Virus record (IMG/VR): IMGVR_UViG_2563366828_000005
Length of the DNA: 40,620 bases
Strand: one strand, 5' to 3'
Source of the DNA: a virus
Taxonomy: Duplodnaviria > Heunggongvirae > Uroviricota > Caudoviricetes
In this document: positions 28,478 to 39,345 of the stretch, piece after piece
How the letters are laid out: the number at the start of each line of letters is the position of its first letter
Numbering within the stretch: the stretch's first letter is position 1
Made by a program: the position numbers and the translations under genes
Notes under the pieces: generated by a model
Told to the model about the DNA's origin: nothing
The model's input: only the letters and a program-made list of their open reading frames with translations
Database searches by the model: none

Positions 28478-28833
28478 TGGCCCGTATCGGGGGAACCTGT
28501 TATTTCAAGATTGACGGTCAGCAGCTATCGCTGACCGGCGGCATTGAGGTGCCCATGAACAAAACGGTTAATGATGACATCATCGGTCTGGACGGTTCAG
28601 TGGACCGCAAGGAAACTCACCGTGCACCTTATGTCAAAGGGACCTTCAAGGTACCGAAGAATTTTCCGGTGAGCAAAATCACCTCGTCTGATGAGATGAC
28701 CATCACTGCCGAGCTGGCGAACGGTCAGGTCTATGTATTGTCGTCAGCCTGGCTGCACGGCGAAGCGAACCATAATGCCGAAGAAGGCACGGTCGATATT
28801 GAATTTCACGGTGAAGAAGGGGATTACCAGTGA
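28477..28833 (+). CDS. Tail tube protein (Mu gpM-like)
   Basis: 118-aa ORF after the sheath gene, start overlapping the sheath stop. Confidence 0.75.
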   Translation: MARIGGTCYFKIDGQQLSLTGGIEVPMNKTVNDDIIGLDGSVDRKETHRAPYVKGTFKVPKNFPVSKITSSDEMTITAELANGQVYVLSSAWLHGEANHNAEEGTVDIEFHGEEGDYQ

Positions 28834-29153
28834 TTGAGCTTGTACTTAAAAAACCGATCATCGCCCACAAAGAAACACTGCATGTGTTGGAAATACGTGA
28901 GCCTACGTATGACGAGATTGAGGCGCTGGGGTTCCCTTTCTCTGTTTCGCCTGATGGTGGTATGAAAATGGACAGTCAGGTGGCGCTGAAATATATCCCG
29001 CTTCTGGCCGGGATCCCGCGCTCGTCTGCAGCGCAGATGACGAAGCTGGATATTTTCAAGGCAGGCATGATTGTAATGCGTTTTTTTACCGGCTTGGAGA
29101 CGGAAGAGACCTCAGGAAGCGATTCTACAATGTCGCGTGGTTCTGGAAATTAA
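28830..29153 (+). CDS. Tail assembly chaperone (short form); -1 frameshift at T TTT TTT (29081-29087) would extend it to 29245
   Basis: 107-aa ORF between tube and tape-measure genes; heptanucleotide of seven T; -1 frame stays open to a TGA overlapping the tape-measure start. Confidence 0.6.
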   Translation: MIELVLKKPIIAHKETLHVLEIREPTYDEIEALGFPFSVSPDGGMKMDSQVALKYIPLLAGIPRSSAAQMTKLDIFKAGMIVMRFFTGLETEETSGSDSTMSRGSGN

Positions 29154-29237
29154 ACCCACTTGAACTTCGCCGGACGGCTATTTCCCACTTTGCTGATCTG
29201 GAGGCAGAGGCCGTCCGTATAAATGAGGAGATGAAGC

Positions 29238-31145
29238 ATGGCTGATAATTTTCAGCTGAAAGCCATCATCACCGCCGTTGACAGGCTATCCGGCCCGCTT
29301 AAAGGTATGCAGCGTCAGCTTAAGGGATTTCAGAAAGAAGTCTCCAGCCTTGCTCTGGGTGCTGCCGGGGCGGGTACTGCAATAATGGGGGCACTGGCAC
29401 TCCCTGTAAAATCAGCCATCACCCTTGAATCGAAGATGGCTGATGTCCGCAAAGTGGTGGACGGTCTGGATACGCCGGATGCATTTAAGGCCATGACGGA
29501 GCAGGTACGCGCTTTGTCTACAGAGCTTCCCATGTCTGCAGACGGGATCGCGGAAATTGTGGCGGCTGGCGGTCAGGCCGGGATTGCACGTGATGAACTG
29601 ATGCAGTTTGCCACTGATGCGGTGAAGATGGGCGTGGCCTTTGATACAACGGCTGAAGAGTCCGGGCAGATGATGGCCCAGTGGCGTACTGCGTTTAATA
29701 TGACGCAGGATGAAGTGGCCGGGCTGGCTGACAAAATCAACTACCTTGGTAATACCGGCCCGGCGAATGCGAAGAAAATCTCCGATATTGTTACGCGTAT
29801 TGGTCCTTTAGGTGGTGTTGCAGGTGTGGCTTCCGGCGAAATTGCGGCAATGGGGGCAACCATTGCCGGGATGGGCGTGGAGTCAGAAATTGCCGCCACA
29901 GGGATCAAGAACTTCATGCTTTCCCTGACCGCGGGAAATTCTGCGACAAAATCGCAGAAACAGGCATTGCGTTTTCTGCGGATCAATCCGAAGAAATTAG
30001 CTGCTGATATGCAGAAAGATGCCCGGGGCACCATGCTGTCTGTACTGGATGCGATGGCTAAAGTGCCTAAAGAAAAACGGGCCGCTGTGCTGAATGCCCT
30101 GTTCGGGAAAGAGTCTCTGGGCGCGATAGCACCTCTGCTGACTAACCTTGATTTGTTGCGTACCAACTTCAGGCGGGTTGCGGATTCCCAGCAGTATGGC
30201 AGTTCGATGCAGAAGGAATATGCTTCGAGGGCAGCGACGACGGAAAACCAGCTTTTACTTCTGCAAAATCAACTTGATGCCATTTCTTCCACGCTGGGGG
30301 AAACGTTTCTTCCTGAGGTTAATGATGGTCTTGAAGCGGTAAAACCGCTCCTTGAGGAAGTGAGAACGTTTGTCCGTGAAAACCCGGAGCTCGTTAAGAC
30401 CATTGCTAAAATCGGTCTGGCCTTACTGACGGTGGGAGCCGCTGCAGGCTCTTTGTCCAGAATTATGAAAGTTCTCGGCGGTGTGATGAATATGACGCCA
30501 GCTAAGGGGCTGATTGCTCTTCTGGTTGGTGGCGCTTACCTCATTATTGATAACTGGGAAACCGTAGGCCCTGTCATAAAAAAAGTCTGGCACGTGGTGG
30601 ATGAAACGGCGCAGGCGATGGGGGGATGGGAAACTGTTCTGAAAGCGATTGCCCTGTTTATGGCAACCAAATGGGTTGCTGACGTTACCAAATCCATTAC
30701 CGCAGTGACCAGAGAGATGCGTACGCTGGGGAAGGTATCGGCAGAAACGGGATTGATGGGGAAAGGCCGCGGCTTTATCGGGAAGGCCGGGGGATATGGT
30801 TTTCTGGGAACCCTGATGTATGAGCCGGTTAAAGATACTCTGGAAAGTGTTGTTCCTGAAGATACGGTTAACTGGCTGGATAATAAAGGGCTGTTTCTGG
30901 CTTCAGACTGGACGCCTTTTTTTGATCGTAAAGAGTACGAGCAGTATCAGGCCAGCCTGAGCCAGTACAAACCCAATGTTCCGCTGTTGAATCCATCTTC
31001 TTCCATGACACAGCACAGCGAACTGAAAGTCACGTTCGAGAATGCTCCGCCAGGTATGAAGATAATTGATGTACCGGGCAAAGCCGATCCCCTGATGAAA
31101 ATCACGCACGATGTGGGGTATTCCCCTTTTCGTTTTCCACGATAA
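29238..31145 (+). CDS. Tail tape measure protein
   Basis: 635-aa ORF rich in Ala/Gly, located after the chaperone pair. Confidence 0.85.
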   Translation: MADNFQLKAIITAVDRLSGPLKGMQRQLKGFQKEVSSLALGAAGAGTAIMGALALPVKSAITLESKMADVRKVVDGLDTPDAFKAMTEQVRALSTELPMSADGIAEIVAAGGQAGIARDELMQFATDAVKMGVAFDTTAEESGQMMAQWRTAFNMTQDEVAGLADKINYLGNTGPANAKKISDIVTRIGPLGGVAGVASGEIAAMGATIAGMGVESEIAATGIKNFMLSLTAGNSATKSQKQALRFLRINPKKLAADMQKDARGTMLSVLDAMAKVPKEKRAAVLNALFGKESLGAIAPLLTNLDLLRTNFRRVADSQQYGSSMQKEYASRAATTENQLLLLQNQLDAISSTLGETFLPEVNDGLEAVKPLLEEVRTFVRENPELVKTIAKIGLALLTVGAAAGSLSRIMKVLGGVMNMTPAKGLIALLVGGAYLIIDNWETVGPVIKKVWHVVDETAQAMGGWETVLKAIALFMATKWVADVTKSITAVTREMRTLGKVSAETGLMGKGRGFIGKAGGYGFLGTLMYEPVKDTLESVVPEDTVNWLDNKGLFLASDWTPFFDRKEYEQYQASLSQYKPNVPLLNPSSSMTQHSELKVTFENAPPGMKIIDVPGKADPLMKITHDVGYSPFRFPR

Positions 31146-31169
31146 TGCAGTCCTTTTTGAGGTCAGTCT

Positions 31170-32546
31170 ATGGATTTATCCTCATTTCCCACCCGACCTT
31201 CATTACTTTCGTCGTCTTCAGGCTGGCGTGACAGACTTCAGGACGCGTCATTTCGCGGCGTGCCGTTTAAGGTTGAAGAAGAAAGTGCGGGAACCGGTCG
31301 CCGTGTGGAAACACATGAATACCCGAACCGCGACAAACCCTATACCGAAGACCTGGGGAAAATCACTTTTCGCCCGTCCATCACGGCTTATGTGGTGGGA
31401 GATGACTGCTTTGACCAGCGCGATCGCCTGATTGACGCGCTGAATAAACCCGGTCCCGGCACGCTTGTCCATCCGACATACGGTGAGCTGAAAGTCTGTG
31501 TTGACGGGGAGGTTCGGGTCAGCACATCGAAGAGTGAAGGGCGTATTGTCCGCTTTGACCTGAAGTTTGTCGAAGCGGGAGAACTCTCTTACCCCACATC
31601 AGGTGCGGCGACGGCGCAGACGCTGATGTCATCCTGTTCTGCACTGGATGACTGCATCAGTGACAGTTTCAGTGGTTTCAGTATCGATGGCGTGGCAGAT
31701 TTTGTGCAGAACGACGTCGTCGGTAATGCCAGCACAATGCTTGGGTATGTTTCTGATGCGATGAAAGTGGTGGATTCTGCCGTATCGGATGCCGCCAGGC
31801 TGTTGCAGGGGGATATCTCGGTACTTCTGCCGCCGCCATCGTCAGGCAAAAATTTCGTTGAGCAGGTGCAGAAAATGTGGCGTACCGGGAAACGCCTTTA
31901 TGGTAACGCCAGCGACCTGGTCACCATGATCAAAACGCTTTCCGGTGTCAGCCTCGGCAGCGATCTGCAACCGCGCGGCGTCTGGAAAACGGACAGTAAA
32001 ACTACCGCTACGGCGACGCAGCAGCGTAACGTGGTTGCCAGCACCCTTCGTACGACCGCAATCAGCGAAGCGGCGTATGCCGTCACACGATTGCCTGCGC
32101 CAACAACTTCCGCGGTGATGCAGAATGCCGCAATGGGGCAGGCAACAACACCTGCGCAGAGCACTGGCTGGCCTTCCGTCACGCATCCGGCACTGAACAA
32201 TGCACCGGCGGTGAAAAGCACGGTTGACCTGCCGACGTGGGAAGAACTGACTGACATTCGCGACACACTGAATACGACAATTGATAAGGAGTTGTCCCGT
32301 ACAACCAGTGATGCGCTGTTTCTGGCGCTGCGCCGGGTGAAAGCAGATCTGAATGCGGATATCAACATGCGCCTTGAACAGTCTGCGCGGATCATTCAGC
32401 GCACACCGGATGAGGTTTTACCCGCGCTGGTGCTGGCGGCGACCTGGTTTGATAACGCGGCGCGTGACGCGGACATTATCCGGCGTAATGCCATTACGCA
32501 TCCCGGCTTTGTGCCGGTGATCCCTCTGAAGGTGCCAGTGCAATGA
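31170..32546 (+). CDS. Mu N-like DNA circularisation protein
   Basis: 458-aa ORF with N-terminal motif ASFRGVPF...GRRVETHEYPNRDKPYTEDLG; follows the tape measure as in Mu. Confidence 0.7.
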   Translation: MDLSSFPTRPSLLSSSSGWRDRLQDASFRGVPFKVEEESAGTGRRVETHEYPNRDKPYTEDLGKITFRPSITAYVVGDDCFDQRDRLIDALNKPGPGTLVHPTYGELKVCVDGEVRVSTSKSEGRIVRFDLKFVEAGELSYPTSGAATAQTLMSSCSALDDCISDSFSGFSIDGVADFVQNDVVGNASTMLGYVSDAMKVVDSAVSDAARLLQGDISVLLPPPSSGKNFVEQVQKMWRTGKRLYGNASDLVTMIKTLSGVSLGSDLQPRGVWKTDSKTTATATQQRNVVASTLRTTAISEAAYAVTRLPAPTTSAVMQNAAMGQATTPAQSTGWPSVTHPALNNAPAVKSTVDLPTWEELTDIRDTLNTTIDKELSRTTSDALFLALRRVKADLNADINMRLEQSARIIQRTPDEVLPALVLAATWFDNAARDADIIRRNAITHPGFVPVIPLKVPVQ

Positions 32547-33622
32547 ACGACAATGTCACGCTACGGATAAATGGCCGGGAGTGGAATGGCTGGACATCGG
32601 TGCGCATCGGTGCCGGTATTGAACGGCTGGCGCGGGATTTCAGTGTGGAGATCACCCGCCAGTGGCCGGGTGATGAGGGTATCACCACGCTTCAGCCGCG
32701 CATTAAAAACGGTTCAAAAGTGGAGGTGCTGATTGGTGATGAGCTGGTGATCACCGGCTGGGTGGAGGCGACGCCCGTTCGTTACGATGCCCGTTCGGTC
32801 AGCACCGGTATTGCCGGACGTAGTCTGACGGCTGACCTGATTGACTGTGCAGCCGAACCGACACAGTTTAACGGACGCTCGCTGGTGCAGATTGCGCAGG
32901 CGCTTGCTGCGCCTTTCGGCATTGAGGTGGTGAACAGCGGTGCGCCGTCGGGTGTTATTCCTGATGTTCAGCCTGATCACGGTGAAACGGTGATTGAGGT
33001 AATCAACAAAATACTCGGTCAGCAGCAGGCGCTGGCTTATGACGACCCGCACGGCAGGCTGGTGATTGGTGGTATTGGCTCAACGCGGGCACATACCGCG
33101 CTGGTACTCGGGGAAAACATCCTTTCCTGCGATACGGAGAAGAGTATCCGGGAGCGGTTTTCTGTTTACCAGGTGGCGGGGCAGCGTGCCGGAAACGACG
33201 ATGATTTCGGTGAGGCCACCACCACCGCGCTGCGGGCCCGCACAGAGGACGCATTTATTGCCCGTTACCGTCCGATGTATATCAGGCAGACAGGACAGGC
33301 TACGGGGGCTGGCTGTATTGCCCGTGCGGACTTTGAAGCCCGACAACGGGCGGCGCGGACGGATGAAACCACCTATGTGGTGCAGGGCTGGCGACAGGGT
33401 AACGGTACGCTGTGGCAGCCCAACCAGCGGGTGATTGTCTTTGATCCGGTCTGTGGTTTCGACAACACCGAACTGCTTGTTTCGGAAGTCACGTTTACTC
33501 AGGACCAGAACGGCACCCTGACGGAAATCCGTGTCGGCCCACCAGATGCTTATCTGCCTGAACCCGAAGCCCCCGGCGCGCGGAAAAAGAAAAAAGCCAG
33601 AGTACAGGAGGACCCGTTCTGA
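32543..33622 (+). CDS. Baseplate hub protein (Mu gpP-like)
   Basis: 359-aa ORF in the Mu-like baseplate order. Confidence 0.65.
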   Translation: MNDNVTLRINGREWNGWTSVRIGAGIERLARDFSVEITRQWPGDEGITTLQPRIKNGSKVEVLIGDELVITGWVEATPVRYDARSVSTGIAGRSLTADLIDCAAEPTQFNGRSLVQIAQALAAPFGIEVVNSGAPSGVIPDVQPDHGETVIEVINKILGQQQALAYDDPHGRLVIGGIGSTRAHTALVLGENILSCDTEKSIRERFSVYQVAGQRAGNDDDFGEATTTALRARTEDAFIARYRPMYIRQTGQATGAGCIARADFEARQRAARTDETTYVVQGWRQGNGTLWQPNQRVIVFDPVCGFDNTELLVSEVTFTQDQNGTLTEIRVGPPDAYLPEPEAPGARKKKKARVQEDPF

Positions 33623-34170
33623 TGAGGACGATTGAAGCCATGCAGCGACAACTCCTCGGCCTGATTGGGCGGGCCGTGGTGAAAAGCATCAGTGCCGCCA
33701 CGAAATGTCAGACCGTGGATGTGTCCCTGATTGCCGGTGAACCCAAAGCCGGGGTTGAACATCTTGAACCCTACGGTTTTACTGCAAGGGCAAACAGTGG
33801 TGCGGAAGCGGTGGTGTTGTTTCCGGATGGCGACCGTTCTCATGCGGTGGTTGTTACGGTGTCGGACCGTCGCTACCGCCTGAAAGGGCTGCAGACGGGG
33901 GAGGTGGCTGTCTATGACGATCAGGGGCAGTCCGTGACGCTGACCCGGGAGGGGATTGTGGTGGACGGTGCAGGTAAAACGATCACGTTTCGCAATGCAC
34001 CTGAAGCACGTTTTGAAATGGACCTGGAAGTGACAGGACAGGTGAAAGACCTGTGCGACTCCGGCGGCACCACCATGTCAGCGATGCGGCTTGCCTATAA
34101 CGGGCATCGTCACAGAGAGAACGGTCAGGGCAGTAACACCGACAAACCTGATAAATCGATGGAGGCATGA
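33622..34170 (+). CDS. Baseplate spike / assembly protein V (Mu gp45-like)
   Basis: 182-aa ORF in the conserved position. Confidence 0.65.
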   Translation: MRTIEAMQRQLLGLIGRAVVKSISAATKCQTVDVSLIAGEPKAGVEHLEPYGFTARANSGAEAVVLFPDGDRSHAVVVTVSDRRYRLKGLQTGEVAVYDDQGQSVTLTREGIVVDGAGKTITFRNAPEARFEMDLEVTGQVKDLCDSGGTTMSAMRLAYNGHRHRENGQGSNTDKPDKSMEA

Positions 34171-34595
34171 TGGAACTGTGGCTGACGGTGAACGGTAAAC
34201 GCACCTGCGCCAGCGCACCGCTGGATCCGCTGACCCGCGCCGTGGTGATTTCCCTGTTTACCTGGCGGCGGGCGGAGCCTGATGACAATGCCGACGTCCC
34301 GATGGGATGGTGGGGGGATACCTGGCCTGAGGTACAGAATGACCGTTACGGCTCCCGACTGTGGCTGCTTCAGCGCAGCAAACTGACCAATCAACTGGTG
34401 CAGACGGTAAGGGGGTATATCCGCGAATGCCTGCAATGGATGATTGATGACGGCGTGGTGTCCCGTATTGATCTGGATATCCGCCGCACCGGGATTAATG
34501 AACTGGGTAACAGTATCACTCTCTGGCGTCGTGACGGACCGGTAATGATTTCTTTTGATGATCTGTGGAGTGCGATAACGCATGGCGGACAGTGA
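34167..34595 (+). CDS. Baseplate protein (Mu gp46-like)
   Basis: 142-aa ORF start-coupled within the baseplate operon. Confidence 0.55.
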   Translation: MMELWLTVNGKRTCASAPLDPLTRAVVISLFTWRRAEPDDNADVPMGWWGDTWPEVQNDRYGSRLWLLQRSKLTNQLVQTVRGYIRECLQWMIDDGVVSRIDLDIRRTGINELGNSITLWRRDGPVMISFDDLWSAITHGGQ

Positions 34596-35640
34596 ATTTC
34601 AGCGCCCGACGCTGGCAGAAAATATCAGTATGCTCCGTAACGATTTATTCGCCAGGCTGGACGTCAGCGACACGCTCCGGCGCATGGATGAAGACGTGCG
34701 GGCAAAGGTGTATGCGGCGGCGCTGCATACGGTTTACGGGTACATCGATTATCTGGCAATGAACATGCTGCCTGACCTGTGCGATGAGTCCTGGCTGGCG
34801 CAACATGCTGCGATGAAACGGTGTCCGCGCAAGGGGGCCACGGCTGCCAGCGGGTATATGCGCTGGGAAGGTGTCAGCGATGGCCTGAAGGTGACCGCCG
34901 GAAGTGTTATTCAGCGCGATGACCTGGTTCAGTACACGGCAACTGCCGATGCAACCAGCACCGGTGGTGTCCTGCGCGTGCCGATCGCCTGCTCAAGTGC
35001 AGGCGCGGTCGGTAACGCTGACGACGGTACGTCATTAATCCTGGTCACGCCGGTTAATGGTCTGCCGTCTTCCGGCGAGGCAGATACCCTGACAGGTGGA
35101 TTTGATACTGAAGAGCTGGAAACGTGGCGCGCCCGCGTCATTGAGCGGTATTACTGGACGCCTCAGGGCGGGGCTGACGGGGACTATGTCGTCTGGGCTA
35201 AAGAAGTGCCCGGCATTACCCGCGCATGGACATACCGACACTGGATGGGAACGGGGACTGTCGGTGTGATGATTGCCAGCAGTGACCTGATTAACCCCAT
35301 TCCGGAAGAATCAACGGAAACGGCGGCAAGACAACATATCGAGCCACTGGCCCCGGTGGCAGGCTCTGATTTGTATGTATTCAGGCCGGTGGCGCACAAA
35401 GTGGATTTTCATATCCGCGTGACGCCGGACACACCGGAAATACGGGCTGCCATCACCGCGGAGTTGCGTTCATTCCTGCTGCGTGATGGTTATCCGCAGG
35501 GAGAGCTTAAGGTATCGCGTATCAGTGAAGCGATTTCCGGTGCGAACGGGGAATACAGCCATCAGTTGCTTGCTCCGGCGGACAATATCTCCATTGCAAA
35601 AAATGAACTGGCGGTTCTGGGGACGATTTCATGGACGTGA
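34582..35640 (+). CDS. Baseplate J-like protein (Mu gp47-like)
   Basis: 352-aa ORF in the conserved position. Confidence 0.7.
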   Translation: MADSEFQRPTLAENISMLRNDLFARLDVSDTLRRMDEDVRAKVYAAALHTVYGYIDYLAMNMLPDLCDESWLAQHAAMKRCPRKGATAASGYMRWEGVSDGLKVTAGSVIQRDDLVQYTATADATSTGGVLRVPIACSSAGAVGNADDGTSLILVTPVNGLPSSGEADTLTGGFDTEELETWRARVIERYYWTPQGGADGDYVVWAKEVPGITRAWTYRHWMGTGTVGVMIASSDLINPIPEESTETAARQHIEPLAPVAGSDLYVFRPVAHKVDFHIRVTPDTPEIRAAITAELRSFLLRDGYPQGELKVSRISEAISGANGEYSHQLLAPADNISIAKNELAVLGTISWT

Positions 35641-36215
35641 CAAACGATGATTACATCCGTCTGTTGTCGGCACTGTTGCCCCCTGGTCCGGCGTGGTCAG
35701 CCAGCGATCCGGCGATTGCCGGTGCGGCACAGTCATTAACCCGTGCTCATCAGCGTGCGGATGCCCTGATGCGGGAGCTGGATCCGCGCACCACCACCGA
35801 ACTGATAAACCGCTGGGAGCGTCTGTGCGGCCTGCCGGATGAATGTATTCCGGCAGGGACGCAGACCCTTCGCCAGCGTCAGCAACGGCTGGATGCGAAG
35901 GTTAACCTGGCGGGTGGCATCAATGAGGATTTTTACCTTGCGCAGCTTGCTGCCCTGGGCAGACCAGATGCCACCATCACGCGATACGACAAAAGCACGT
36001 TCACCTGCTCATCGGCCTGTACTGACGCGGTGAATGCGCCGGAATGGCGGTATTACTGGCAGGTCAATATGCCAGCTGCCACCAACACCACCTGGATGAC
36101 ATGTGGCGATCCCTGTGATTCCGCACTGCGTATCTGGGGGGACACCGTTGTCGAGTGCGTGCTTAACAAACTCTGCCCGTCGCATACCTACGTAATTTTT
36201 AAATATCCGGAGTAA
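35631..36215 (+). CDS. Tail protein (Mu gp48/DUF2313-like)
   Basis: 194-aa ORF between baseplate J and the tail fibre gene. Confidence 0.55.
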   Translation: MDVTNDDYIRLLSALLPPGPAWSASDPAIAGAAQSLTRAHQRADALMRELDPRTTTELINRWERLCGLPDECIPAGTQTLRQRQQRLDAKVNLAGGINEDFYLAQLAALGRPDATITRYDKSTFTCSSACTDAVNAPEWRYYWQVNMPAATNTTWMTCGDPCDSALRIWGDTVVECVLNKLCPSHTYVIFKYPE

Positions 36216-36218
36216 TTC

Positions 36219-37151
36219 ATGCATCGTATAGACACGAAAACCGCGCAGAAGGATAAGTTCGGCGCGGGTAAGAACGGTTTTACCCGTGGTAACCCCCAGA
36301 CCGGCACGCCTGCCACCGATCTGGATGATGACTACTTTGACATGTTGCAGGAGGAGCTTTGCAGCGTGGTGGAGGCATCCGGTGCCAGCCTGGAGAAGGG
36401 GCGGCATGACCAGTTGCTTACAGCGCTTCGTGAGCTGCTGTTAAGCCGCAAGAATCCGTTTGGCGATATCAAATCGGATGGCACGGTGAAAACGGCTCTC
36501 GAAAACCTTGGTTTGGGAGATGGCTCGGGGCGTTACAGCAAAACTGTCGTTTTTTCATCGTCGGGTTCATATACGTGGCCAGCTGACGTAAAACGAATTG
36601 ACGTTATTCTGACTGCGGCGGGCGGCGGTGGCGGTGGATGTAACGCGGAGAACGCAAATCAGACATTTTCAGGGGCTGGCGGAGGAGCCGGAGGTACTGT
36701 TTTTGCCACTATTTATGCGACAGACAACGATGCCGGGCCAGGGACCTATACAGTGACAATTGGTAGCGGTGGTAGTGGTGCCAATGGGCCAGGGTCTGGA
36801 AATAATGGCGGTCATAGTTCGTTCATGACATTAACTGCGCTCGGCGGCCAGGGTGGGCAATGGGGCGGCGCTACAAATACCGCTGGCGGGCTCGGTGGTT
36901 CAGGCTCTGGCGGTTATAAAACTGAACAAGGCGGAGACGGTTCAGACGGACAGGCGGGCCAGGCGCTATTAGTAGGCAATGGGGCATCGAGCTATTGGGG
37001 TGGCGGCGGCCGCGCTGGGCAACTGAGCGGTAATTCTGGAGTTTGCTCTGGCTCCGGCGGCGGGGGTGCATACGATAATAGCTATTCACACACGTCAGGA
37101 CGTGGCGGGCACGGAGCTAATGGCGTGCTGGTAATTCGGGAGTACATGTAA
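36219..37151 (+). CDS. Tail fibre protein with conserved N-terminal anchor and glycine-rich C-terminal region
   Basis: 310-aa ORF; N-terminus [47 protein letters not shown] typical of tail fibre N-termini; C-terminal 180 aa dominated by Gly runs. Confidence 0.7.
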   Translation: MHRIDTKTAQKDKFGAGKNGFTRGNPQTGTPATDLDDDYFDMLQEELCSVVEASGASLEKGRHDQLLTALRELLLSRKNPFGDIKSDGTVKTALENLGLGDGSGRYSKTVVFSSSGSYTWPADVKRIDVILTAAGGGGGGCNAENANQTFSGAGGGAGGTVFATIYATDNDAGPGTYTVTIGSGGSGANGPGSGNNGGHSSFMTLTALGGQGGQWGGATNTAGGLGGSGSGGYKTEQGGDGSDGQAGQALLVGNGASSYWGGGGRAGQLSGNSGVCSGSGGGGAYDNSYSHTSGRGGHGANGVLVIREYM

Positions 37152-37556
37152 ATGAATGATGTTTATGCAGTTGTTGATAATAACGTTGTTATTAATGTCA
37201 TTATCTGGGACGGAATTTCTGAATGGAAACCAGAGGCTGGTAATTTAGTTCCGTTAAACGGCGATGCTGGCATCGGTTGGTCATATTCAGACGGAGTATT
37301 TACCGCGCCACCTCCCCCAGAACGCTCTCACAACGCGTTAGTTGCGGAGGCTGAGCTGCAGAAATCAGCACTACTGACCGTAGCAAATAACGCAATAGCA
37401 CCGCTGCAGGATGCCGTTGATTTGGAAATGGCGACAGACGATGAACAGACGTTACTGCTGGCGTGGAAAAAATACAGGGTACTGCTGAACCGTGTTGATA
37501 CCTCAGCGGCACCCGAAATAGAGTGGCCTACGCAACCGGGGGAGCGGGCCAGTTGA
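37152..37556 (+). CDS. tfa: Tail fibre assembly protein (Tfa)
   Basis: 134-aa ORF immediately after the fibre gene; C-terminal [25 protein letters not shown] matches the Tfa C-terminal signature. Confidence 0.75.
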   Translation: MNDVYAVVDNNVVINVIIWDGISEWKPEAGNLVPLNGDAGIGWSYSDGVFTAPPPPERSHNALVAEAELQKSALLTVANNAIAPLQDAVDLEMATDDEQTLLLAWKKYRVLLNRVDTSAAPEIEWPTQPGERAS

Positions 37557-37857
37557 TATCAGGCGCAGGGGCAGCATCAACTGCTGTCACTGCGTCGATG
37601 TAGTCGAGTACCGCATTCAGCCGCCTTTTTTCATCATCAGTCAGTTTGCGGCCTACACCTCTCCGTTGACATCTTTGTTATATGGTACAACTGCGCAGAG
37701 GCCTGTCTCTCCAATTGTGCCAGTTGAATACTACGATACAACGCTAGGTCTTCCAATATGGTATAACGGCACAGCTTCATCATGGCAGCGAGCTGATGGA
37801 ACAAATACTTGATTAATTTATGGCGCATCAATATAAAGTATCGATGCGCCATAATAA

Positions 37858-39345
37858 TCACTGACAAATGTTTTTGTCAAAATCAACTACAATAATATCA
37901 TCATATGAGTATAAGTTATATTCATATGCTCTTTTAATCTTTGCGGTTGAGCAAAAGGTTTTTTCATTTAACACACTTGCAATGTTTGTATTCCCAGGGT
38001 GTTTAAAGTAAACTCCAACTCTATTCATATAAGGGAATGGCCAATCCCAATTATAGAAATACTCTGGGAAAAATCTAGATATTAACGGGTAATTATTTCG
38101 TGCGTTTACAAAAACATCATTGTCTTTCTTTTTACCATTAAAAATAAGTATCTGATTTGTTTTTCCGCTTAACTCGAAAGCATCATTTTTAATCTGATGA
38201 AACAGAACTGTGGTTATGTTTTTTTCTTCTGTCATTGCATTTGTGTATGAACATAAAAAACCAAAAACATAAATCAGAGGAATTACAAGTATATATGTTA
38301 TTGGATTTTTTGTTTCTCGCGAGAAAAGATAAACAATCATGAATAAGAACAACATCGTAGCAGAAAAACCGATCATCACTCTTGGGGCGTCGATGTGATG
38401 CTGAAGTGGTAATAGAGTAGCAAAAGACAATATCAAAGCTGTTACTGGTGATGTTATTGTAATTAAAAAATTAATAATACCAGTAATACTTTTATTAGGT
38501 ATTGATTTCTTTAGCGCGATGAATGTCGTCATTGCAATGAAAAATAAAAATATTACTATAAACGCAACTCGTCCTGATTCCCCAAAAATACCACTAGATA
38601 TTGAATGAAGATAAAATTTTAAGTTTTCATATATAACTGAAAAAATGCCTTCAGTTTTAATTGATGGGTGATCCGGGTCCCCAACAACAGTTAAAAATAA
38701 AGGAATAACCACCAAAAAATATAATGCAACACCTATAACTAATGATACCGTCTTTTCTATGAGGTAAGTTAATAGATGTCTGTTACTATCTGAGTTAAAG
38801 TACATGTAAACATATTTACACAGAATAATAACCAGCATGAAATTTAATGATGCTTGGTATATAGACAATATAAATAATGTTAACAGGGCGGCAAAAGAAA
38901 TATTTAAAATTGTCTTTTTGAAATTAAATATTACAACTGAGAATGACAATGCAATACTTATGAACATCGGTAAAACATCAAAGCGATACATTGCATTTTC
39001 AATTAAAAATGGGCTTGATAAAATACCAAGAGGAACCAACAGTCCAATAAATTTATTATCTGTCGATATAAACATCCTGCTAAAAAAATACAGGCAAACA
39101 GATATCAAAAATACTGATAATATTGCAGGAAATGGGAATAAGTCCGTTATGTGCATGTTGAAATTCAATGCAATCATCAACATTTCAGCCAAAGGTCTAC
39201 CATCCCTAGCCCATCCAGTATACCCCCATATAGCTCTTCCCTGATCATCTACATAATGAATATTTGCCATGATGATGGGGGTGAAATATATAAAAACAGA
39301 TATCAAGAACCAATGGAAAGGTGTTTTGTTTTTATTTGCAATCAT
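37858..39345 (-). CDS. gtrC: Serotype-specific O-antigen glucosyltransferase (GtrC-type polytopic membrane protein)
   Basis: 495-aa AT-rich ORF with many hydrophobic segments, third gene after gtrA and gtrB. Confidence 0.6.
   Translation of the reverse strand: MIANKNKTPFHWFLISVFIYFTPIIMANIHYVDDQGRAIWGYTGWARDGRPLAEMLMIALNFNMHITDLFPFPAILSVFLISVCLYFFSRMFISTDNKFIGLLVPLGILSSPFLIENAMYRFDVLPMFISIALSFSVVIFNFKKTILNISFAALLTLFILSIYQASLNFMLVIILCKYVYMYFNSDSNRHLLTYLIEKTVSLVIGVALYFLVVIPLFLTVVGDPDHPSIKTEGIFSVIYENLKFYLHSISSGIFGESGRVAFIVIFLFFIAMTTFIALKKSIPNKSITGIINFLITITSPVTALILSFATLLPLQHHIDAPRVMIGFSATMLFLFMIVYLFSRETKNPITYILVIPLIYVFGFLCSYTNAMTEEKNITTVLFHQIKNDAFELSGKTNQILIFNGKKKDNDVFVNARNNYPLISRFFPEYFYNWDWPFPYMNRVGVYFKHPGNTNIASVLNEKTFCSTAKIKRAYEYNLYSYDDIIVVDFDKNICQ

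Noticed and set aside
37637-37867. 76-aa minus-strand ORF between tfa and gtrC
   Set aside because: No ribosome-binding site and an implausible composition; the region is better explained as tail-fibre-module relics.
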